DNA from: an uncultured virus (IMG/VR IMGVR_UViG_2690315925_000005)
Taxonomy: Duplodnaviria > Heunggongvirae > Uroviricota > Caudoviricetes
Virus record (IMG/VR): IMGVR_UViG_2690315925_000005
DNA: 20,000 bases
Reading direction: 5' to 3' (one strand)
A program made the position numbers and the translations under genes. The notes beneath the pieces are model-generated. The model was not told the origin of the DNA and did no database searches. It saw only the letters and a list, made by a program, of their open reading frames with translations. Position 1 is the first letter of the stretch; every line of letters starts with the position of its first letter. Positions 1 through 7,728 of this stretch are shown in pieces.

Positions 1-192
1 CACCGCCTCGGCCGATGCAGCGACCAGCAGACCTGCCGACCGGCAGGCCAGCGGCGAGGCATCCACGTCGCCGTGATGCCACCCATCGGCCCGGTGGGAG
101 TCCACCCAGTCGGCCAAGACGACCCGCCCAACGAGAGCCTGATGCCCGTTGAGCTCCCCATCCTGAGGATTGGCAAGGCTTCGCGTGTCCAT
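1..192 (-). CDS. Phage hypothetical protein, runs off the left window edge (MDTRSLANPQ...VVLADWVDSHRADGW...CRSAGLLV)
   Basis: ATG overlaps the cro stop (TGATG); frame is open for 64 codons to position 1. Confidence 0.7.
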   Translation of the reverse strand, partial: MDTRSLANPQDGELNGHQALVGRVVLADWVDSHRADGWHHGDVDASPLACRSAGLLVAASAEAV

Positions 193-512
193 CAGGCTGT
201 CTCCAGCGGCACGATGCGGCCGGCGTCCACATCGCCGCTCGGTTCGGCGCGCCGTTCCATAACCGGATCCATAACCGGATCCGCCTGCGCCACCACTTCG
301 GCCAGGCCGCCCCGCTCCAGGCCCTCGAAAGCGTTCAGCGCCTCGATCAGCTGCTGAAGGCTGGCAATCGTCGGATTCGTGATCTGCCCGTGCGCCAGCT
401 TCGTCAGCCACGAATAGCCGATGTCCGGGCTCTGCCGGGCGATCTCGGCGTACTTCCCTTCATGCGCACGCAGGCGCACCACGGTTTGATGCAAGAGGGT
501 ATCGGCGTCCAT
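192..512 (-). CDS. cro: Cro-like XRE-family HTH regulator
   Basis: HTH signature (YAEIARQSPDIGYSWLTKLAHGQITNPTIASLQQL); divergent from the cI-like gene. Confidence 0.8.
   Translation of the reverse strand: MDADTLLHQTVVRLRAHEGKYAEIARQSPDIGYSWLTKLAHGQITNPTIASLQQLIEALNAFEGLERGGLAEVVAQADPVMDPVMERRAEPSGDVDAGRIVPLETA
257..282 (+). repeat. 12-bp tandem duplication (ccataaccggat x2) in cro, encoding DPVM-DPVM
   Basis: Seen directly; in frame. Confidence 0.9.
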
Positions 513-521
513 GACACCAAC

Positions 522-583
522 CTATCATTCTAATGCTAGGCAATCAAGCATCGAAGAGCGTTCAGCCATCACTAGCATGGTAG
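522..583. promoter_or_regulatory. OR-like region: operators CTATCA-ttctaa-TGCTAG (522-539) and CCATCA-ctagca-TGGTAG (566-583); candidate cro promoter on minus strand TTCGAT-17-TAGAAT (555-527)
   Basis: Near-palindromic 18-mers that recur at 1367 and 1398; sigma70-like spacing. Confidence 0.7.
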
Positions 584-585
584 GT

Positions 586-975
586 ATGGCTAAACGTCCC
601 TCGAGTGCAGATGTCATCGCCGCCAATGTGCGCCGATTGATGAAGCACCTGAACCTCTCGCAGGCCGAACTCGGCCGCAAAGCCGGGGTTGCGCAAACTC
701 TCCTGTCGGGGCTCCTGAGCCCGGACGGCGCCTCCAAGAACCCGACATCTTCGACCGTCGACAAGCTTGCCGACGCTTTCAAAATCACCCCTTGGAAGCT
801 GCTGGTTCAGGACATCACGCTGGACAACCTCATGGACGAGGAAATCGAGCGCCTGGTGGACGCTTTCGCCACCGTGCCAGCAGAGGGGCGCCGAACAATT
901 CTGCGGGTGGCGGATGCTGAAGTTCGCTATGCCCAGGTTCCCGCGACCGTTCCGATCAAGAACACAGGGACATGA
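586..975 (+). CDS. cI: CI-like XRE-family repressor (no S24 peptidase domain); start may be 577 or 586
   Basis: IAANVRRLM..LNLSQAELGRKAGVAQTLLSGL..NPTSSTVDKLADAF is an HTH_3-type motif; divergent from cro. Confidence 0.85.
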   Translation: MAKRPSSADVIAANVRRLMKHLNLSQAELGRKAGVAQTLLSGLLSPDGASKNPTSSTVDKLADAFKITPWKLLVQDITLDNLMDEEIERLVDAFATVPAEGRRTILRVADAEVRYAQVPATVPIKNTGT

Positions 976-981
976 GCAGCC

Positions 982-1326
982 ATGGGAATACTCGACTTTC
1001 TTGGCAGTGCGGCGGGCGTTGTGACAATGCAGACGGGCGCGGATGTGTTCATCCATCGTCATACACGCGTGGTTACCTTCAACCTTCCATCCCATTGGCG
1101 TGACCACGCCAACAAGCTCGTCAAAGAACGCTTTCAACAGCAGCTCGTTCAGTCCGAATTTGATGCGGCACTGCTGAAACTCGCAGTGTTCTGGACCTGC
1201 GCTATGCAAAGTGACCGAGTCCGCGCCGAGCACTTCGCCGACGCCATGTTTGACCTACGCACCGCGGCAGGCGGCCAGATCACGCCCGGTCTGTCCCTCG
1301 AAGTGATGCGGCTGACCAACCACTAA
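982..1326 (+). CDS. Hypothetical protein downstream of cI
   Basis: 114-aa ORF starting 7 nt after the cI stop and filling the space to the next promoter. Confidence 0.75.
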   Translation: MGILDFLGSAAGVVTMQTGADVFIHRHTRVVTFNLPSHWRDHANKLVKERFQQQLVQSEFDAALLKLAVFWTCAMQSDRVRAEHFADAMFDLRTAAGGQITPGLSLEVMRLTNH

Positions 1327-1330
1327 AGCT

Positions 1331-1415
1331 CGATCAATCAGCTGCTTAGCATCACATCACATCAATCTATCATTTTAGTGCTTGACTGACGGATGATCTA
1401 TCACTATGTTGCTAG
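1331..1415 (+). promoter_or_regulatory. OL/PL-like early promoter TTGACT(1382-1387)-17-TATGTT(1405-1410), overlapped by operators at 1367-1384 and 1398-1415 (weaker copy 1331-1348)
   Basis: Near-consensus sigma70 boxes in an AT-rich gap; CTATCA-N6-TGCT(A/T)G repeats. Confidence 0.8.
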
Positions 1416-1430
1416 CCATCCCAAGCACGG

Positions 1431-1934
1431 ATGGTTGAGCACATGTCTGCACTGTCTTCGTCGCTGTACCTGGCACTGGGGGCTCTCGGGGCCACCGGCC
1501 TTGGCGCACTCTTCTCCCCATCGTCCCCTTCCACAGACGAACCCGGCCAGGCCGTCCGGGCACCAGCTGCACTGGTGATCACCAGCCCGCGCATCTGCGC
1601 GGCGCTGGAGGTCTATACCCTGGCCAGCGAGAACGACTGGGGCCTGCGCACCACCATTGCCCAGGCGATGCTCAACGGCTTCAACGACACCGGCCGTGTG
1701 CCGGACTGCGCCGCCGGCGTGTCCGCCGCGCTGGCCAAGGACTTCTCTCCCTACCGCTGGCAGCTTGCGCTCGATGCCGTCGACGCGGTTGTCGCCGGCA
1801 CCTACTCCGTTTCCCCCGACGCGTGCGCCCGGGCCAATACCGTCGTCCCCCTGTCGACGGAAAAAGCCACCTCCCCCGTGGTGGCCCGGGCGCGGTGCGT
1901 CATCTATGACCTGGCTTTCGTGGAGGTGCACTGA
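1431..1934 (+). CDS. Secreted or membrane-anchored protein resembling a degenerate SleB/Hydrolase_2 cell-wall hydrolase (start may be 1443)
   Basis: N-terminal hydrophobic segment; CAALEVYTLASE..G...IAQAMLN...PDC...WQLA...CVIYDLAF parallels the SleB pattern. Confidence 0.55.
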   Translation: MVEHMSALSSSLYLALGALGATGLGALFSPSSPSTDEPGQAVRAPAALVITSPRICAALEVYTLASENDWGLRTTIAQAMLNGFNDTGRVPDCAAGVSAALAKDFSPYRWQLALDAVDAVVAGTYSVSPDACARANTVVPLSTEKATSPVVARARCVIYDLAFVEVH

Positions 1935-2365
1935 TGGCCGCCACCGAACGTCACTGCCGCGTCTGCAGCTGCACTGAGCTGCAGGCCTGCCCCGGTGGTT
2001 GCTCCTGGGCCGGGGCCGACCTTTGCAGCAGCTGCGCCGCAGCTGCAGGCCCTAACGCCGAAGGCGCCATGGCGGTCGTCGCGCGCCAGCGCCTGCTGAT
2101 CGCCGGCAAGGCCATCAAGCTGAGCCGCACCGAGGCCGTCGTGATGAAGGCCCTTGTCGCGACCCCCGATCGCCTCGTGGAAATCGATGCGCTGCATGCG
2201 GCGATGTACCCAGACAGCAAGCCGCCGTCGCGCGAGTCCAACGTCCTTCAGGTGCTGGTCTCGCGCGTGCGCCGCAAGCTCTCAGCTGCTGGCCATAAGC
2301 ACGCAATCGAGACCATCCGCCTGCGCGGCTACCGCTTCGTGATGCCCCAAGGCGGTGCTGCATGA
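1934..2365 (+). CDS. Cys-rich (putative Zn-binding) N-terminus fused to an OmpR/PhoB-type winged-helix DNA-binding domain
   Basis: Seven Cys in the first 35 aa; LSRTE..VMKAL...SNVLQVLVSRVRRKL...IETIRLRGYRF matches Trans_reg_C. Confidence 0.85.
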   Translation: MAATERHCRVCSCTELQACPGGCSWAGADLCSSCAAAAGPNAEGAMAVVARQRLLIAGKAIKLSRTEAVVMKALVATPDRLVEIDALHAAMYPDSKPPSRESNVLQVLVSRVRRKLSAAGHKHAIETIRLRGYRFVMPQGGAA

Positions 2366-2661
2366 GCGCCCAAGTTGAATTCACCGCCAAATGCTTCGGC
2401 GCGAACCTCGGCCTCACCCGAAATCCTGACGGAAGCTGGTGCATGTCGCTCTACACCTTCGTCGGCAAGAACAGGAATCACCGCGGAATTGCCTTCGCAA
2501 CCGCGGTCCCCGGCCAGCTGCCGCGAGTGGATCCGGCTGACGGCGATACCTTTCCCTCTGCAGCCCTGTGGGTCGGGTCGGCATCCTTCGACATACCCGA
2601 TGCCCTGGTGCCGAAGCTGCAGGCCTTCCTCGCCGAACACGCCCAAGGCGGTGCCGCATGA
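2362..2661 (+). CDS. Phage hypothetical protein
   Basis: ATGA-coupled at both ends. Confidence 0.75.
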   Translation: MSAQVEFTAKCFGANLGLTRNPDGSWCMSLYTFVGKNRNHRGIAFATAVPGQLPRVDPADGDTFPSAALWVGSASFDIPDALVPKLQAFLAEHAQGGAA

Positions 2662-2786
2662 GGACGGAAGAGATCATTGCGGAGGCCACCGCCGTGCTGT
2701 TCCGGCGAGTCCTGGCCATCGGCGGCGCGGCGGGCTTCGTGCTGGGTGTCGTGGCAACGCTTGGATCCCGGGCGGTGCTGTCATGA
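2658..2786 (+). CDS. Small hydrophobic phage protein (42 aa)
   Basis: ATGA-coupled at both ends; one TM-like stretch. Confidence 0.65.
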   Translation: MRTEEIIAEATAVLFRRVLAIGGAAGFVLGVVATLGSRAVLS

Positions 2787-3031
2787 ACTCGGTGACCATG
2801 ACCGTCGACGCGGAGATCGACCTCGATGACCTGGTCGGGAATCTGGGCTCCGCCAGCAAGGACTACCTTGCCCGCCTCCTGAAGGTTGAAGGCGAGACCG
2901 CGCGCGCCCCTGACGGCCGCACCTTCGAGCAGATCATCGAAGCCGCCTTCTACGAGGCGCGCGCCATGTCCCCCGTGCCGCCGGCACTGGCCGACCTGCT
3001 CTGGGTAGTGCACGGGAGGGCGATGTCATGA
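2783..3031 (+). CDS. Phage hypothetical protein (82 aa)
   Basis: ATGA-coupled start at 2783 within the 2375..3031 ORF. Confidence 0.7.
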   Translation: MNSVTMTVDAEIDLDDLVGNLGSASKDYLARLLKVEGETARAPDGRTFEQIIEAAFYEARAMSPVPPALADLLWVVHGRAMS

Positions 3032-3291
3032 CGACAGACCTGCACCTCCTAGGCCATGGCGTCGACGCCATCGTGCAGCACGACCTGGACCGCATGCCGC
3101 CGGCGATCACTGCCGCAGCGCGCGTGCAGCGCTACCAGCGCGCGGTGTGTATCGCACCACCGGACCAGTGGCGCGCGCTGCGGATCCGCTTCGGCTCGAT
3201 CTTCCAGATCGCCTGGAGCGCAGGACTGAAGCCGGACCTGGCCACCTGGGCCCGGAAGTTCCAGCGCATCGCCGAGGCCTGCCGACCATGA
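3028..3291 (+). CDS. Phage hypothetical protein
   Basis: ATGA coupling; GGGAGG SD. Confidence 0.75.
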   Translation: MTTDLHLLGHGVDAIVQHDLDRMPPAITAAARVQRYQRAVCIAPPDQWRALRIRFGSIFQIAWSAGLKPDLATWARKFQRIAEACRP

Positions 3292-3446
3292 GGCTCTTCC
3301 ACGTCCACATCCCGGGCGTGGCCAGACCGCACAGCGTCAACGCCGAATCCGAATCGGCCGCGATCGACGACGCGCTCTACACCCTGGGCCTTTCCGAGCT
3401 GCCCGAAGGCAGCAGCGTCACTTCTGAACAGACCGGAGACACCTGA
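3288..3446 (+). CDS. Small phage hypothetical protein (52 aa)
   Basis: ATGA-coupled start; stop overlaps the rdgC ATG. Confidence 0.65.
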   Translation: MRLFHVHIPGVARPHSVNAESESAAIDDALYTLGLSELPEGSSVTSEQTGDT

Positions 3447-4348
3447 TGTTCTTCCGCAACCTCACGATGTTCACCTATCCGCAGCTGCAGATGTTCGACT
3501 GGCAGGACGGCCTGCAGGCGAGCGCCCTGAAACCGGTAGGCCCGCTGGAAATGTGCTCCGCCGGCTTCATTTCGCCATTCGGCCGCGAAGAGAAGGAGCT
3601 GCTGTCGCACGAGATCGGCCGCTGCGTGTGGATGGCCATCGGCGCCGAAGACAAGATCCTGCCGCCGGCCGTGGTGAGCAACCTGCTCGAACTCAAGCTG
3701 CTGGAGATCGAAGAAAAAGAGGGGCGCCGCCCCGGCGGCCGCGAGCGGAAGCGCATCAAGGACGATCTGCTGCACGAGCTGCTGCCGCGGGCCTTCATCC
3801 GCCCTACCCGCACGGATCTCTACCTGGACCACCAGCGCGGTGTCGTGTTCGTCGACACCAGCAGCCGCAAGACCGGCGAGAGCGCCATGAGCCAGTTGCG
3901 CAACGTGGTCGGTAGCTTCCCCGCCCTCCCCCTGAACGCTGAGGTGTCGCCGCGGGCGATCTTGACCGGCTGGCTCGCCGGCGAGTCCTTGCCCGAAGGC
4001 CTCAGCCTGGGCGAGGAATGCGAGCTTCGCGACCCGGTCGAAGGCGGCGCCATCGTCCGCTGCCAGCACCACGAACTGCGCTGCGACGAGGTCGATCTCC
4101 ACCTGGAGACCGGCAAGCAGGTCACCAAGCTCGCCCTGGTGCTGGAGGACCACCTGTCCTTCGTTCTTGGCGACGACCTGATCGTCCGAAAGCTCCGCTT
4201 CTTGGACGGTGCCGTCGAGCAGCTGCAGTACGGGGACGAAGACGGCCGGCGCGCCGAGCTCGATGCCCGCTTCGCTCTGCAGATCGCCGAGGTCGGCCGG
4301 CTGTACGACCTGGTCCGCGAGCAATTCCACCTCACCACCTACGCCTGA
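3446..4348 (+). CDS. rdgC: Recombination-associated protein RdgC (phage-borne)
   Basis: MFFRNL..F, GFISPFG, EDKILP, LLPRAF, GKQVTKLAL, F.LGDDL..RKL.F; 300 aa. Confidence 0.95.
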   Translation: MFFRNLTMFTYPQLQMFDWQDGLQASALKPVGPLEMCSAGFISPFGREEKELLSHEIGRCVWMAIGAEDKILPPAVVSNLLELKLLEIEEKEGRRPGGRERKRIKDDLLHELLPRAFIRPTRTDLYLDHQRGVVFVDTSSRKTGESAMSQLRNVVGSFPALPLNAEVSPRAILTGWLAGESLPEGLSLGEECELRDPVEGGAIVRCQHHELRCDEVDLHLETGKQVTKLALVLEDHLSFVLGDDLIVRKLRFLDGAVEQLQYGDEDGRRAELDARFALQIAEVGRLYDLVREQFHLTTYA

Positions 4349-4355
4349 GGCCCCA

Positions 4356-4607
4356 ATGCATTCGATCCTCGTGACCAGCCACCGTCCATTCCTCAACATG
4401 CTCTTGGCCAGCCTGCTGAGCCAGCCGCGGGCGCACCCCGTAGCACCCGCAGCACCTGTGCGCCGCATGCCGCAACGACACCGCACCACCTGGGCACCGG
4501 CCGGCGGCGGCCGTGCCGAGCGCGCCCGCCGCATGCGCCAGATCCAGGCTGGCACCCTGAACGCATCCAGCGGGCTGACCCCGATCCACAAGGGTGAGCG
4601 GCCGTGA
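4356..4607 (+). CDS. Basic phage hypothetical protein
   Basis: GAGG SD; stop overlaps the next GTG; GGGRAERARRMRQIQAG motif. Confidence 0.65.
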   Translation: MHSILVTSHRPFLNMLLASLLSQPRAHPVAPAAPVRRMPQRHRTTWAPAGGGRAERARRMRQIQAGTLNASSGLTPIHKGERP

Positions 4608-5320
4608 GCCGCTTGCGCGCCTTCATCTGCGCCCTGTTCGGGTGCGCCCGTGACTGGCCGGATATGGAGTCGTGCGGCCGCTGCGGCAACTACATTGATC
4701 TGCAGGCGGCGCCGCGCACGTTGGGGCGCCGCCTCCTGGATCGCCTTGCCACCGCACTGATACAGCGTGGGGCCCGCACGCCGTACTTCCACCTGGTCAA
4801 CGCGGACGGCACGCCGTACATGGATCGCTTCTGGCTGCTGCGCATTGGCCGCGCCGGCGTCGACGACCGCGGCCAGCCCCGCCCCTGGCTGGCCCTGCGC
4901 CTTCATCACATCCGCAGCAGCGACCAAGGCGGCGTCTTCCATGATCACCCCTGGTCGTTCTTCAGCCTGATTCTGCGCGGCGGGTACTTCGAGCACCGGC
5001 CCTTCGATGGGCCGCTGCCGGCGATACCGGATGCGGTGCCGTCGGCGATCGCTGAGGAACCCTACTCGTCGACCTGGTACGGCGCTGGCCAACTGCTGTT
5101 CCGCCGCGCCGAGGGCTGGCACCGCATTGCGCTGGCCGAGGACCTGCAGCACGAGGGCACCTGGACCGTGGTGCTGACCCTGCCGCCCCGCGCCTGCAGC
5201 TGGGGCTTCCGCGTCCGTGGGCAGAAGATCGAACACCGCGCGTACTTCCGGAAGGAAGCAGTCCGGCAGCGCGCGCGGCAGCAGATCCAGGTCCCGAACA
5301 GCTCGGATTGGACCCCGTGA
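4604..5320 (+). CDS. Cupin-like phage protein with N-terminal Cys motif
   Basis: LHHI..SD....HDHPW.F.S.IL.GGY.E ... WHRI (His-rich cupin-type motifs). Confidence 0.7.
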   Translation: MSRLRAFICALFGCARDWPDMESCGRCGNYIDLQAAPRTLGRRLLDRLATALIQRGARTPYFHLVNADGTPYMDRFWLLRIGRAGVDDRGQPRPWLALRLHHIRSSDQGGVFHDHPWSFFSLILRGGYFEHRPFDGPLPAIPDAVPSAIAEEPYSSTWYGAGQLLFRRAEGWHRIALAEDLQHEGTWTVVLTLPPRACSWGFRVRGQKIEHRAYFRKEAVRQRARQQIQVPNSSDWTP

Positions 5321-5323
5321 GCC

Positions 5324-6046
5324 ATGGTGCGCAAGTCACACCCCAACGCGCGCCGACCATGGACCGCCGACGAGGACGAGACGCTGCGGCTCAACTGGCC
5401 GCGCTTCCCTGCTTTCCTGATCGCCCACGTGCTGGAAAGGCCCAGTGCGGCGGTGTACCGACGGGCAGCGACGCTGGGGCTGAAGAAAGCCGACGACTTC
5501 CACACCCAGCCGCTGGCCGCGCTCTGGAACGGGACACAGGAGCCGGGCTCGATTGCCTCGCGCTTCAAGCCCGGCACCACACCACCCAACAAGGGACTGC
5601 GCAGGCCGGGCTGGCACGCCGGCCGAATGCGGGAAACCCAGTTCAAGAAGGGGCGGCCGGCCAGCGAGGCACGCAACTACGTGCCGATCGGGACCGAGAA
5701 GGTGGATCCCAAGCGCAAGGTGCTGATGCGCAAGGTCACAGACGACCCCGGCGTGTTCCCGGTCAATCGCTGGCGTCCGGTGCACGTGATGGTCTGGGAG
5801 GCAGCGAACGGCCCGGTACCGGAAGGACACATCGTGGTGTTCCGGCCCGGCCTGAAGACACTCGTCGCCGCCGAGATCACTGCTGATCGCCTCGAGACCG
5901 TGACCCTCGCCGAGAACATGCGGCGCAACAGCTACCACAACCGGTTCCCTCCGGAACTGAAAGAACTGGTCCACCTGAAGGCGCGAATCACCCGCCGTGT
6001 CAGGAGGCGAATCAAGGAGCAAGAAGATGAAGAACAAGGTCAGTGA
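5324..6046 (+). CDS. HNH_3-like protein with an N-terminal Myb-like helix and FK(P/K)G..P repeats
   Basis: WTADEDETL; FKPG..P.NKG; VH..VWE..NGPVP.G..V.F...LETVT.AEN..RN. Confidence 0.85.
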   Translation: MVRKSHPNARRPWTADEDETLRLNWPRFPAFLIAHVLERPSAAVYRRAATLGLKKADDFHTQPLAALWNGTQEPGSIASRFKPGTTPPNKGLRRPGWHAGRMRETQFKKGRPASEARNYVPIGTEKVDPKRKVLMRKVTDDPGVFPVNRWRPVHVMVWEAANGPVPEGHIVVFRPGLKTLVAAEITADRLETVTLAENMRRNSYHNRFPPELKELVHLKARITRRVRRRIKEQEDEEQGQ

Positions 6047-6284
6047 TGTCCGCGACCACCTGGTGGCCATGCTCGAACGCCTGGGCGACGACGATCTGAA
6101 CGCCGAGCAGATGGGCCAGGTCATCGAGCGCGCCAAGGCCACCACCATCGTGGCCACCACCTACATCGGCGCGGTGAAGGTGGAGCTCGACGCGATCCGG
6201 TTGGCGCACGAAACCGGGAACCTGACGGCCGCAGTTGCCGAGCCGCAGCAGATCCCCTCGCTGCCTGTCGGCCAGAGGCGCTGA
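6027..6284 (+). CDS. Conserved phage protein of the type found beside HNH genes
   Basis: AAGGAG SD; MKNK..D..DHL.A.LERL.DDDL...IERAKA. Confidence 0.8.
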   Translation: MKNKVSDVRDHLVAMLERLGDDDLNAEQMGQVIERAKATTIVATTYIGAVKVELDAIRLAHETGNLTAAVAEPQQIPSLPVGQRR

Positions 6285-6286
6285 CC

Positions 6287-6514
6287 ATGGCAAAGAAACT
6301 CCTGTCCTTGCACGTCAAGGGCAAGCACAAATCCTGGAGCTTCGAGTTCATGGGCGACCCCAAGCACATCCCCGACTGGGAGGCGGATGGCCTGGAGGTG
6401 TGGGAGGTCTGCAACGTCGTCCCCGCATGGATTGCTGACCTCGGCCTTACTCGACCCTGGGTCTTTCTCCAGGACGTCTTCAACTTCAAGAACCCTTGGG
6501 GTCGCAATGGCTGA
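6287..6514 (+). CDS. Phage hypothetical protein
   Basis: Tightly packed in the operon; high-GC3 codon usage. Confidence 0.75.
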   Translation: MAKKLLSLHVKGKHKSWSFEFMGDPKHIPDWEADGLEVWEVCNVVPAWIADLGLTRPWVFLQDVFNFKNPWGRNG

Positions 6515-6746
6515 CCGCAAACGCAACTTCGCGCTCGAGCAGCGCCTGCGCTTCATCGACTTCCTGCTGGACCACTACGGCCGGCTCAACCGCGGCGCCC
6601 TCGTGGACTACTTCGGCATCAGCGTGCCGCAGGCAAGCATTGACATCCGAACCTACCAGGAGCACGCAGGCGCCGAGCAGATGCGGTACGACCTTTCTGA
6701 GAGGTGCTACCTGGCTGAGAAGGGGTTCAAACGATGCTGGCCATGA
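6507..6746 (+). CDS. Stand-alone CapW/BrxR-type N-terminal winged-helix domain (79 aa, no WYL domain)
   Basis: EQRLRFIDFLL..YGRLNR..LVDYFGISVPQASIDI..Y......M.YD.S.R.Y....F matches the N-terminus of CapW-like WYL repressors. Confidence 0.8.
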   Translation: MADRKRNFALEQRLRFIDFLLDHYGRLNRGALVDYFGISVPQASIDIRTYQEHAGAEQMRYDLSERCYLAEKGFKRCWP

Positions 6747-6955
6747 CCTCGAACCATCTGCGAACGGTACCCCTGACCAAGAAGTCCCAGGTATCGGACG
6801 TGCTACACGCCGGCGGCCGCATCGTCGCTGGCCACCGGCCTGGCCTGCTGCAGTTGCTCGACGCCGAGGGCCGCCCAGTCCCTGCCTGGCAAACCGCCCT
6901 GAAGGCCGCTCAGCTCTCGGCCGCACCCTCCGGAGATCCGCATGAACCGCAGTGA
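6743..6955 (+). CDS. Phage hypothetical protein
   Basis: ATGA-coupled. Confidence 0.7.
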   Translation: MTSNHLRTVPLTKKSQVSDVLHAGGRIVAGHRPGLLQLLDAEGRPVPAWQTALKAAQLSAAPSGDPHEPQ

Positions 6956-7682
6956 CGTCCTCCCCCGTTTCCTCGCCGATACGGCCACCCACGAGCTACG
7001 GATCGTGGTCGACGACGGCGTGCACCGCCACCTGCAGTTCCGTCGCCCCGGAACCTACTGCTACGGTTTCGACATCGTGACCTGGCCCGGGCACCTGGCG
7101 ATCTCCGGCGACATGGGCACTGCCGTTTTCAGCCGCCTGCACGACATGTTCGAGTTCTTCCGTGCCAAGCCCGCCGAGCACGAAAAGGCCGGCGGCCTGT
7201 TCGTGAACGATGGCTACTGGGCAGAGAAGTGCGTGGCCAACGACGGCGAGAAGAAGGAATTCAGCGCGGCACTCTTCCGCGCGCTGGTGACCCGCCTGTT
7301 CAAAGAGCACGTTGAGGAACGTGTGGACCCCGACGATCTGGCGGATCCGGACACGTCGACGCCGGAGTGGGTGGCCAGGTTGTGGCAGGAGCTCGAGGTC
7401 GAAGTGCTGAACGACTCGGAGGATCACGACGCCCTGTGCAACGCGATCAAGGCGATGTCGGACTTCGCGCCGAGCGACCCCGACTACAGCGACTTTCGCA
7501 TCACTGACGCCTGGGAATACGCATCCTCGCTGCAGCAGTACACCTTCCACTTCCTCTGGCGCCTGTACGCGATCGCCCGCGCGATCCGCGCCTACGACGA
7601 TGCCGCCGACACTGCCGAGCCGTCAGGACTGCCAGCCGACATCGCCATACCTATCCAACTGACCGAGGTCACCAATGCGTGA
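6942..7682 (+). CDS. Conserved phage hypothetical protein
   Basis: GGAG SD; DDG.HRHL.FRRPGT..Y.FDI.TWPG.L.ISGDMG..VF.R..DMF.FFR...YWAEK. Confidence 0.85.
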   Translation: MNRSDVLPRFLADTATHELRIVVDDGVHRHLQFRRPGTYCYGFDIVTWPGHLAISGDMGTAVFSRLHDMFEFFRAKPAEHEKAGGLFVNDGYWAEKCVANDGEKKEFSAALFRALVTRLFKEHVEERVDPDDLADPDTSTPEWVARLWQELEVEVLNDSEDHDALCNAIKAMSDFAPSDPDYSDFRITDAWEYASSLQQYTFHFLWRLYAIARAIRAYDDAADTAEPSGLPADIAIPIQLTEVTNA

Positions 7683-7728
7683 GGACCGCAACGACCTCAA
7701 TACTGGCTTAATCGCCAACAACGCGCAC

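Noticed and set aside
511..585. Longer cI N-terminus from ATG 511
   Set aside because: It would overlap the cro start and run through the operators and promoters
3377..5236. 619-aa minus-strand ORF
   Set aside because: Antisense shadow of rdgC and neighbours, expected in high-GC coding DNA; no motifs
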